Origin: Mobula hypostoma | Taxonomy: Eukaryota | Direction: 5' to 3' | DNA length: 64,000 nucleotides | Assembly: GCF_963921235.1 (NCBI RefSeq) | Contig: NC_086108.1 | Span: 58,468,001 to 58,532,000, forward strand | Shown here: piece after piece, positions 51,829 to 62,397 of the stretch | Layout: every line of letters begins with the position of its first letter | Position numbering within the stretch: the stretch's first letter is position 1 | Notes under the pieces: generated by a model | What the model was told of the DNA's origin: nothing | The model's input: only the letters and a program-made list of their open reading frames with translations | Database searches by the model: none | Translations under genes and position numbers: made by a program

Positions 51829-53040
51829 TACTTATATGTGTTCAGAACAAAGAAGCTGGTAGGAAAATTCATTGAGGACACTATCCACCCTGCAAACTTA
51901 CTTTTTCAAAAGCTGCCTCCTAGAACATGTTATAGGGTTAATTAAAACAAAAACTTCATGACATCTTAAATTTTTCTACCCCCAGGCAGTTAATCTGATC
52001 AACCATTCTAGTTAACCCCCTCACCCCCCAACCTTTCTGTTTATTACCCCTATCACTCGACTGCTCTATTAACACTTCAAACCACTTTTTCTAGTGTTGT
52101 TTACTTTGTAAATACATGCTGGTATTTATGTATTTATACACCTTTTATCCTATTTCTGTACTTCAACATCTGACTTTATTTTTATATAATTCTCTGTACT
52201 TCATAATTGTTGAATGACATTGTCTTCTGTTGCATGTTACACCCTGGCCAACACATCACTGCAAATTTGTAATACATGTAAATGTATGTAGCAGATAAAG
52301 TTCATTCTTGATTTTTGATCCATACCCTAACCCTTCTCTGAACTCTTGAAATGATTATTTTGCAATATTCAAGGACTGGTAAATCAGAATCAGGTTTGTT
52401 ATTGTAAGACCGTAAGACCATAAGACAGGAGCAGAATTAGGGCCATTCAACCCGTTAAGTCTTCTCCACTGTTCCATCATGGCTGATTTATATTTCCCTC
52501 AACCCCATTCTCCTGACTTCTCCCCGTAACCTTTGACACCCTTACTAATCAAGGTCTGATCAATGTCCACGTACCCAATGACTTGGCCTTCACAGTCGTC
52601 CATGGCAATGAATTCCACAGATTCACTACTCTCTGGCTAAAGAAATTGCTCTGTTCTAAATAGATGGTCCTCTTTTCAGAGGTGGTCCTAGACTCTCCCA
52701 CTATAGGAAACATCCTCTCTACATTATCACTGACATATCATGACATTTGTTGTTTTGCAGGCTGCAGAAGCGCTCTTCAGACTAAAGGAATGATAAATTT
52801 ACAGACCCAAAGTACAAATGGGGAAATTTCTTTGAAAACCCATAGTGCTTTCATTGTAGATATGTAACAGTGCTTCCCATCTCCCCCTTGAAGGTTTCCT
52901 TTTAATGTCCTCACATTGAATTAAACATACGGAGATGGCAATAAACAACAGGAATTCTGCAGATGCTGGAAATTCAAGCAACACACATCAAAGTTGCTGG
53001 TGAACGCAGCAGGCCAGGCAGCATCTCTAGGAAGAGGCGC

Positions 53041-53076
53041 AGTCGACGTTTCAGGCCGAGACCCTTCGTCAGGACT
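53041..53076 (-). ncRNA. Minimal type I hammerhead ribozyme motif
   Basis: Minus strand: agtc-CTGACGA-agggtctcggcct-GAAA-cg-TC-gact. Confidence 0.75.
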
Positions 53077-54201
53077 AACTGAAGGAAGAGTGAGTAAGGG
53101 ATTTGAAAGCTGGAGGGGGAGGGGGAGATGCAAAATGATAGGAGAAGACAGGAGGGGGAGGGATAGAGCGGAGAGCTGGACAGGTGATAGGCAAAAGGGG
53201 ATACGAGAGGATCATGGGACAGGAGGTCCGGGAAGAAAGACGGGGGGGGGGTGACCCAGAGGATGGGCAAGAGGTATATTCAGAGGGACAGAGGGAGAAA
53301 AAGGAGAGTGAGAGAAAGAATGTGTGCATAAAAATGAGTAACAGATGGGGTACGAGGGGGAGGTGGGGCCTAGCGGAAGATAAAGAAGTCAATGTTCATG
53401 CCATCAGGTTGGAGGCTACCCAGACGGAATATAAGGTGTTGTTCCTCCAACCTGAGTGTGGCTTCATCTTTACAGTAGAGGAGGCCGTGGATAGTCATGT
53501 CAGAATGGGAATGGGATGTGGAATTAAAATGTGTGGCCACTGGGAGATCCTGCTTTCTCTGGCGGACAGAGCGTAGGTGTTCAGCAAAGCGGTCTCCCAG
53601 TCTGCATCGGGTCTCGCCAATATATAAAAGGCCACATCGGAAGCACCTTTCGCAGTATATCACCTCAGCCGACTCACAGGTGAAGTGTTGCCTCACCTGG
53701 AAGGACTGTTTGGGGCCCTGAATGGTGGATCTCCCAGTGGCCACACATTTTAATTCCACATCCCATTCCCATTCTGACATGTCTATCCACGGCCTCCTCT
53801 ACTGTAAAAATGAAGCCACACTCAGGTTGGAGGAACAACACCTTATATTCCGTCTGGGTAGCCTCCAACCTGATGGCATGAACATTGACTTCTCTAACTT
53901 CCGCTAGGCCCCACCTCCCCCTCGTACCCCATCTGTTACTCATTTTTATGCACACATTCTTTCTCTCACTCTCCTTTTTCTCCCTCTGTCCCTCTGAATA
54001 TACCTCTTGCCCATCCTCTGGGTCACCCCCCCCCCCGTCTTTCTTCCCGGACCTCCTGTCCCATGATCCTCTCGTATCCCCTTTTGCCTATCACCTGTCC
54101 AGCTCTCGGCTCTATCCCTCCCCCTCCTGTCTTCTCCTATCATTTTGCATCTCCCCATCCCCCTCCAGCTTTCAAATCCCTTACTCACTCTTCCTTCAGT
54201 T

Positions 54202-54237
54202 AGTCCTGACGAAGGGTCTCGGCCTGAAACGTCGACT
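54202..54237 (+). ncRNA. Minimal type I hammerhead ribozyme motif on the CTH sense strand (intron 4)
   Basis: agtc(54202-05)-CTGACGA(54206-12)-AGGgtctcggCCT-GAAA(54226-29)-cg-TC-gact; predicted cut after C54233 (GUC). Confidence 0.78.
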
Positions 54238-54577
54238 GCGCCTCTTCCTAGAGATGCTGCCTGGCCTGCTGCGTTCACCAGCAACTTGGAGATGGCAATA
54301 AGATGGATGCACCAAATCTAAGACCAGACTTAAAAGGATGTAGGTTGGAAATGGGAAAATAAGTAATGATAAAATCCTTGAAATAAACTTCACCAAATAC
54401 TCTTCTATTCATGAAAAATAGTCTTAATTTAAAAAAAAACTGATAAAATGTCTCCACTAATCCATAGCTGTTCACTACTGCTGTCACAGAGAAAGTAGTT
54501 GTCTTTATTCTTTACCTTTCTCTAAAAAGCAGATTGGGGAAACCCCTATCTCTAAACTGTTATGGTTAATTTTACAG

Positions 54578-54709
54578 CTTGTCTGGATTGAGACTCCTAC
54601 TAACCCAATGATGCGTGTTGTTGACATCAAAGCTTGTGCTGAAGTTGTACATGAGCATGCAGACATCATTATGGTGGTGGACAACACCTTCATGTCTGCC
54701 TATTTCCAG
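54578..54709 (+). CDS. CTH: Cystathionine gamma-lyase, exon 5 (132 nt)
   Basis: ttacag|LVWIETPTNPMMRVVDIKACAEVVHEHADIIMVVDNTFMSAYFQ|gtaata. Confidence 0.97.
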
Positions 54710-55014
54710 GTAATACGAATCATCTAAATTTCATTATTCTTTCACATTTACAGTATGGATACAATTTTCCTGAGTTATGTGTGACTTGTTTTGACTCTGC
54801 ACATGGTCTCTGGCTTATCAGATTATAGTTAGGCAATTTTATTGAGCTATGCTATCCTGGATAGTTGAAGGATTTGCCAGAAATATAGACAATTGAACAT
54901 CCTTCTATCTATGCAGTAACGTTTAAATGTTTGTTACACCAGCATATCCATACATTCCAGAAAGTTTTCAGCTATAAATGTTTGACAAACTGACTTCTAC
55001 CTCATCAAGGCCAC

Positions 55015-55590
55015 ACAGTGGCTCTCAGATACCTTTGTTCACTTGCCCCAGAACCAGGACCTCACTGAGAAACATCTGGCCACCATCTCCTACATCATCA
55101 CCAACCTCATCATCTCTGGAAATCTTCCCTCTACAGCCTCCAACTCTTTGTTCCCCAACCCTGCATTGCTTGTTTCTACCTCTAAACTAAGATCCACAAG
55201 CCTAACTGTCCCAGTAGACCCAGTGTTTCTGCCTGCTCCTGCCCCCACCAAATTTGTGTCCTTGTATCTTGATTCCATTTTGCCCCGCTTGGTTCAGTCT
55301 TTTTCCTACCTGCATCAGTGACACTTCACACACTCAACAACTTCAACTTTCAGTTCCCCAACCCTGACCGCTTCATTTTCACCATAAACATCCAATCCGC
55401 GTACACTTCTATCCCACATCAAGGCTCTCCACTTTTATCTTGATAAAAGACCCAACTGATTCCCCAGCACCACCATCTTCCTCTGATTGATACAACAGGT
55501 TCTCACCATAACAACTTCTCTTCAGCTTTATCTAGACTGAATGTGTAGCCATGGGCACTGGCATGGATCCCAGCCATGCATGCCTTTTCA
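55015..55590 (+). mobile_element. Old Penelope RT fragment
   Basis: Degenerate P.RP.VSACSCPT..VSLYLDS, FT..IQS.YTSIPH and VAMGT.M.PS.ACLF motifs. Confidence 0.7.
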
Positions 55591-56476
55591 CTAGCTTTTC
55601 ACAGATTTATATTTCTGAGGAAGCAACATTTTTGAAAAAAATTGTTCAATAACATTAAATACACAACAGTTGAGTTTGAGTATAATCTGCTGGAGGAACC
55701 CAGCAGGTTGAGCAGCAACTATAGAGAAGGGGTGAAAGAATTGCTGACATTTTGGATTGAAACTGGGCATCTGCCTCAGGACTTCAATTTTTTTTTTAAG
55801 TAGAAGTAATTTTACATGAATCCTGTGAGTTTAAAGGGAGCATAGGGAACTGGGTCCTGGTGAGCTTAAAGGGAGGATGGCGAACTAGAAACTGAACCGT
55901 CTGGAATGCTAAATAATTGGAGAGCGAATTACTGGAGTTCAATAAGGTGATTGATAAAGCCTCTTTCTATGGATTGAGGTGCAGATATTTGTTTTTGTTG
56001 ATGTTTAACTGGACATGTATATGTGCATCTGGAGACTGATTTGACCTGGCTTATGGTTCTACTGGCCTGCAACTTGTGTATAAAGTAGCTATATTGCACC
56101 AAGGATATCTGTCACCCAGAAAAAAGGTGTCTTCTTCAGGATGTGAAATGAAATGTTTTTCACAGGAAGGGGTGAGGAAAAAAAAATCCTGTGCCACAGC
56201 TTCTAGTGTTTTGTTAGATGTTTCACTTAAACTGGAGTAGCTTGTTAAAGTGGGTAGGGTAGGAAATACCAGGTTAATATGCTTGAGTAGGATCTTTTAA
56301 TATTTCCAGTGTAGATTGTGAATGCAGTTTTAATATGTCAACATACATACCATCTATTTAACCATTGTTTTACAACAATTCTCAGTATTTTGGAAGACCA
56401 TATTTGGTATTTCAGTTAATTTCATGGTCTAGTTAAGAAAATGTTTATTCTGATGATCTATCTCCTATTCCTTTAG

Positions 56477-56534
56477 CGTCCTTTGGCCTTTGGTGCTGAC
56501 ATCTGTATGTATTCTGCAACAAAGTATATGAATG
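56477..56534 (+). CDS. CTH: Cystathionine gamma-lyase, exon 6 (58 nt; PLP-binding Lys codon at 56522-56524)
   Basis: ctttag|RPLAFGADICMYSATKYMN(G)|gtgaga. Confidence 0.97.
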
Positions 56535-57197
56535 GTGAGAGAATCTAGAATTTAAAACATTACGTTTGCATTTAATGTTGAGATCTGATGTCTGAAGATA
56601 GAGGAAATTCTGCTCTAACGTAGTGATTATTTGTGTTAATGGTTACAAACGTTAGAAGAGCTAGAATTTCAGCACCTTCAGACTCCAGTTGTCAAATCAC
56701 TCATGGAGCTAGAATAATTAAGTATTATTCAAAAGCTGCACATCTTCAGTTTTCCTGTGTTGCTGTAAATCTCTGCTTAGAATAGCAATTTTTAAGGCAT
56801 TACTTTGCATAACAAAGTCTAAATTTTCTTTTTCACTTTATTTAAGCGCAGCGCCATTATTTAAAACTTTGTCTACCTGCACTGCTTTGTGACCATCAGA
56901 CTTCTGTAGTCATGGTGGATACCAGCCTCTGTCTCTACTTTCTCTTTAGCAGTTTTATCACTAGTTCTCTTGATTTTTTTTCCTACCCTTTTAACTGATT
57001 TTTTTTAAAGATTGGCTGTTAACTCTTATTGGTCCTGTCTTTTCCCCTCTACTTGATCAACTGCAATCCAAGGAACGTGATTAAAGTTGAAGTAGGAGCA
57101 AACTGTTCCGCCTCTGGTCCCTTCACAGCCATTCAGTATCTTTATTGCCGCTTTGTTGCTCGAAAGCCATCATTCCTTGATTCCCTTAATAAATATA

Positions 57198-58632
57198 CAG
57201 TACCTATTAAAAGTATTCACTCCCCTTGGAAGTTTTCAACATTGTTTTATTGTTTTATAACATTGAATCACAGTGCATTTAATTTGGCTTTTTTGACACC
57301 GATCAACAGAAAAAGACTCTTTTCTGTCAAAGTGAAACAGATCTCTACAAAGTGATCTAAATTAAATACAAATCTAAGACCCAAAAAGATTGCGTTAAGT
57401 ATTCATACCCTTTAACATAACACACCAAATCGTCACTGGTGCAGCCAATTGGCTGGAGAAGTCATGTAATTAGTTAAATTGAGACCTGTTTTTGGAGACT
57501 TGTGTGCAGTCAAGGTGTTTCAATTGACTGTAGTAAAAATACATCTTTATCTGGAAGGTCCAACTGCTAGTGAGCCAGTATCCTGGCAAAAGTTACACCA
57601 TGAAGACGAAGGGACACTCCAAGCAACTCTGTGAAAAGCACAAGTCAGGAGATAGATACAAGAAAATTTCCAAGTCATTGAATATCCCTTGGAATACAGT
57701 TAAGTGAGTCAATAAGAAATGGAAAGAACGTGGCACAACTGTAAATCTACCTAGAGCACGCAGTCCTCAAAAACTGAGTGACCGTGCAAGAAGGGGATAG
57801 TAAGGGAGGCCACCAAGAGACCTATCACTACTCTGGAGGAGTTACAACCTTCAGTGACTGAGATGGGAGAGACTGCGCATACAACTGTTGCCTGGGTACT
57901 TCACCAGTCGCAGCTTTATGGGAGAGTGGCAAAGAGAAAGCCACTGTTGTGAAAAAAATACTCACGTGAAATCTTGGCTAGAGTTTGTCAGAAAGCACGT
58001 GGAGATTCTTAAGTCAGCTGGAAGAAGGTTCTATGGTCTGATGAAAACAGAATTGAGCTTTTTGGCCATCAGACTAAATGCTATGTTTGGCATAAGCCAA
58101 ACACTGCACATCATCAAAAACACACCATCCCTACCATGAAGCATGGTGGTGGCTGCATCATGCTGTGGGGATGCTTTACTGCAGTAGGTCCTGAAAGACT
58201 TGTGAAGGAAGAGGGTAAAATACAGGGAAATCTGGAGGAAAACCTGATGCAATCTACAAGAGAACTACAACTTGGGAGAAGATTTGTTTTCCAGCAAGAC
58301 AGTGGCCTCAAGAATAAAGCTAAGGCTACACAAGGATGGCTTTAAAACAACAAAGTTAATGTCCTGAAGTGGCTATCCCATTGAGAATTTGTGGCTGGAC
58401 TTGAAAAGGGCTGTTCACACAGGATCGTCATGCAATCTGACAGAGCTTGAGCATTTTTGTCAAGAAGGGGAAAAATTGCAGTGTCCAGATGTGAAAAGCT
58501 GATAGAGACCTATCCACACAGACTCAAGGCTGTAATTGCTGCCAAAGGGGCATCTACTAAACACTGACCTGCAGTGGGTGAATATTTATGCAATCAATTA
58601 TTGTGTTTTATATTTGTAATTAACTTAGATCA
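57198..58632 (+). mobile_element. Second Tc1-family transposon, decayed; right TIR truncated
   Basis: TA-CAGTACCTATTAAAAGTATTCAC start; ATG ~57600; WSDE, PTMKHGGGCIMLWGCF, FQQD, PIENLW, VIAAKGAST motifs. Confidence 0.9.
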
Positions 58633-58851
58633 ATCTGCTATTTTGAATATGCTTAGCAGCTGTGCCGCTGGTGAAATCTTGTATACAGATACAGATCTGG
58701 AGGCCAGGGAAGGATATACTTGCAGAATAGGAAATGCAGCAAAGAATCACCTGACTGGATTCCTGGGAGAGCAAGTTTATCATACATAGAGTGAATATGT
58801 AGACTGGTATTATATTTGATGAGATTTCATCAGTGCTCCATTTAATTAGAG

Positions 58852-58931
58852 CAAGGTTTCCCAACCTTTTTTATGCCATGAACCAATACCATCAAGCATG
58901 GAATTCATGGACCCCAGGTTGGGAACCCCTG
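58852..58931. mobile_element. hAT-type MITE (~80 bp)
   Basis: CAAGGTTTCCCAACCT ... AGGTTGGGAACCCCTG termini. Confidence 0.7.
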
Positions 58932-59995
58932 ATAGAGTAAGATATACTCAAATCCGCTCAGAAAAAAAAGGCAAGCATACCGATTGTCTTCTCAAGTACC
59001 AGCTGCAGCTGCATTTTGACTTGCAGTGATATGTGTGTAAGGACGCCCAAATCCCTTTAAATATCAGCACATTTTAATTGTGCATCATTTCCAAATAATT
59101 TGCCTTTTTCTTTTAACCAAATTGAATTACCTTGTTATTTTCTACATTATATTTTTTCATATATGTTCCATTCACCCAGTGTGTCTTTAACCCCCTTGAA
59201 ATTTCTTGCACCCTACTCACAGGCCATGACATCACCTCTCTTCACATGGCCAGAAGAATTAAAACTATTCCATTGGTTTTTGCCTTTAATTAATTTTCTG
59301 TTATTTGTTTGTGAATTCCTGTTAATATCCACTTTTTCCTAAAATCAATGTATTCCAGTTTATATAGTCCTATTCCCCATTAATAGGATCACTTTTATTG
59401 TTCAGCTTTGATGGTGCCCCAGACCTGAAACAGTAACTCTTTCTTTCTATAGATGCTTTTTGACCTGAGTTTTTCCAGCGTTTTCTGTTTTATCTGGTCA
59501 CACTGGTACTAACACGAAAGAAAAGTACTTTGTATGCATAACCAACTTGCAAGTCACATGAATGTCTATACTTTTTGCCCAACTGCAGTTGGCTTCACTC
59601 TTTTAACATTTGATTCTCAGCATATGCCATTTCAAAAATAGCTGGAATTTCTACATCTGTTTCCATTTGTTATAACTTAAGTTTCACATGTGTTGATCTT
59701 TAGAATAGTGATGACAAATTCTGGAATATAGACTTCTTAAGTATAATTAAGTGAACTTGCCAGACTTTTGCATGATTTGGACTCCAAGTTGGATCTCAGC
59801 TTTACCACCTTCCAGCTGGTATTGTTAAGGAGCCCTTGAGTGCAAAGCCCACTTGACCCTGAAATTACCTGATTCAGTAACTCCATCAGCTTTATGTAAC
59901 TTTAAATTTAAAATACTTACTCCAGCTTTTTCTTTTAAAGTCATGTGACCAGTGTGTGACCTTTGTCTAACTTAATATATCCCTCAACTTTCTAG

Positions 59996-60073
59996 GTCAT
60001 TCTGATGTAGTCATGGGCTTGGCTTCCATGAACCGTGAAGATATTTATCAAAAATTGAAGTTCTTGCAGAACG
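59996..60073 (+). CDS. CTH: Cystathionine gamma-lyase, exon 7 (78 nt); gene continues beyond the window
   Basis: ttctag|(G)HSDVVMGLASMNREDIYQKLKFLQN|gtactg. Confidence 0.95.
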
Positions 60074-60314
60074 GTACTGATTTACAACTATTTAAATTCT
60101 AAGTAGCTTTATGTAGCTTAAAAACCAATCCAAAATGCTTTTTTAATAGCAGTTTCACTTATTCCATGCCATTAGTCAAAAACTGATTCCACTGCTCTTT
60201 TGTAGATTCATCTACATGACTTATATAACGTTAAAACACAATTTGTTAATTAAGTAAACTTTGCAAGTTGATATTCATTGGTGTTTCCATACATGGAAAA
60301 TCCTACGAAATTTA

Positions 60315-60821
60315 CCCAGTTCATCATGGGTAAAGCCCTCCCCACCACTGAGTACATTTATACAACACGTTGTCGCCGGAAAGCAGCATCCATCATCTCA
60401 GGTAATACTCTCTTCTCCCTGTGCCATCGGAAAGGAGGTACAGGAGGTACAGGAGGCTCAGGACTCGTACCACTTGGTTCAGGAGCAGTTATTACCCCTC
60501 AGCTATTAGGCTTTCGAACCAGTGGGGATAACTTCACTCAACTTCACTTGCCTCATCGGTGAAATGTTCCCACAACCAATGGACTCAATTTCAAGGACTC
60601 TTCATCTCATGTTCTCGATACTTATTGCCTATTTATATTATTATTTCTTTCTTTTTGTAGTTGGACAGTTTGTTGTCTTTTGCACTGTGGTTGAATTATG
60701 GTTATACTATTATGGTTATTATTCTGTTACAGATTTATTGAGTAGGCTGGCAAGAAAATGAATCTCAGCATTGTATATTGTGATATATATGTACTTTCAT
60801 AATAAGTATACTTTGAACTTT
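60315..60821 (+). mobile_element. Rex/L2-group LINE 3' end
   Basis: QFIMGKALPTTEYIY..RCRRKAASII; tail aataagtatactttgaacttt. Confidence 0.7.
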
Positions 60822-61321
60822 AAAGCACAATTTGTTTATTGTTAAGTAAATTTACATCCTACCAAGGTTTGATATGTAGTCATTAATGTGACACTTTTAT
60901 AGATTTCATAATGCCCCAAGCCTAATAATTTTCCATTTTCATATATCTGTGAATTTTCTTGGATATTAACAACATACTTGATTGTGCAGCTCTGAAGCAT
61001 TAATAATTTGTAATAGTATTTGTGTTCAATGGCAATCCTCAGTGATTCCCTCAAGTGTTTAAAAACTTTAGCATTTACAGAGCTTTTTATTGGCTCCATC
61101 AATTGCTGTTTTTCTAATCCAAAAACACTTTGCTAAAACAAAACCTTCCATTTAACAGCAATAGGCTAAAATATGGTCAGTCTGTGCCCCACATTACTGC
61201 TTTGAGATTCCAGAGAATATCTGCAAAGTGAGAGAATTAGTGGAACATGGTGAATGGTATTTAAAAGACAGAGTTATAACTGTGTAAAATATAGTTCATC
61301 TTATCAATATAAAATCATGAT

Positions 61322-62051
61322 ATAACCATATAACAATTACAGCTGGGAAACAGGCCATCTCGGCCCTTCTAGTCTGTGCCGAACTCTTACCCTATCCTAG
61401 TCCCACTGATCTGCACTCAGCCCATAACCCTCCATTCCTTTCCTGTCCATATATCTATCCGACTTAACTTTAAACGACAACATAGAACCTGCCTCAACCA
61501 CTTCTGCTGGAAGCTCATTCCACACAGCTACTACTCTCTGAGTAAAGAAGTTCCCCCTCATGTTACCTCTAAACTTTTGTCCTCTAATTCTCAACCCATG
61601 TCCTCTTATTTGAATCTTCCCCACTGTCAGTGGAAAAAGTCTAACCATGTCAACTCTATCAATCCCCCTCATAATTTTAAACACCTCTATCAAGTCCCCC
61701 CTCAACCTTCTACGCTCCAAAGAATAAAGACCTAACTTGTTCAGCCTTTCTCCGTAACTTAGGAGATGAAACCCAGGCAACATTTTAGTAAACCTCCTCT
61801 GTACTCTCTCAATTTTATTGACATCTTTCCTATAATTTGGTGACCAGAACTGTACACAATACTCCAGATTTGGCCTTACCAATGCCTTATACAAGTTTAA
61901 CATTACATCCCAACTCCTATACTCAATGCTCTGATTTATAAAGGCCAGCATACCAAAAGCTTTCTTCACCACCCTATCCACATGAGATTCCATCTTCAGG
62001 GAACTATGCACCATTATTCCTAGATCCCTCTGTTCTAAAGCATTCTTTAAT
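61322..62051 (-). mobile_element. CR1 3' fragment (same young subfamily as 14797 and 23513)
   Basis: Uninterrupted EQRDLG...LEYCVQFWSP...FFTQRVVAVWN; TAACCATA tail. Confidence 0.93.
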
Positions 62052-62397
62052 GATATCCAAGTAAGAATTTTGTATCCTATCAATAAATGCTATTATGAAA
62101 ATATGGAATATAAAACATATTTAAACATTTTGATCTAATGACAAGTTTGGAAATACTTTGAAAACACAAGGGAAAGTAAAGCAAAAAGCAGAAAATAGAT
62201 ACCAAAGTATATAAAAGTAATTACCACCACAAATCCAAGTCACATGAGATCAAGGAGAGAATTTTAAAAAATAATGGCAGAGATATTGAATAATCTGGAG
62301 ATTTAAAAAAATGTTATTAAGAACTGATCATAAGCAACAGAACAACATACTGAAATAAGAACAGGAAAGGTTGGAAATACTTCGTCAATCAGGCAGC

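Larger units (their letters stand above)
52945..54287. mobile_element. Penelope insertion with inverted duplication (arms 52991-53550 and 53727-54287)
   Basis: GIY-YIG end plus terminal repeat in both orientations; 14-bp TSD GGAGATGGCAATAA at 52931-52944 and 54288-54301. Confidence 0.95.

Noticed and set aside
52921..54396. Many mirrored ORFs suggesting a duplicated gene pair
   Set aside because: Alternative frames of the inverted Penelope arms.
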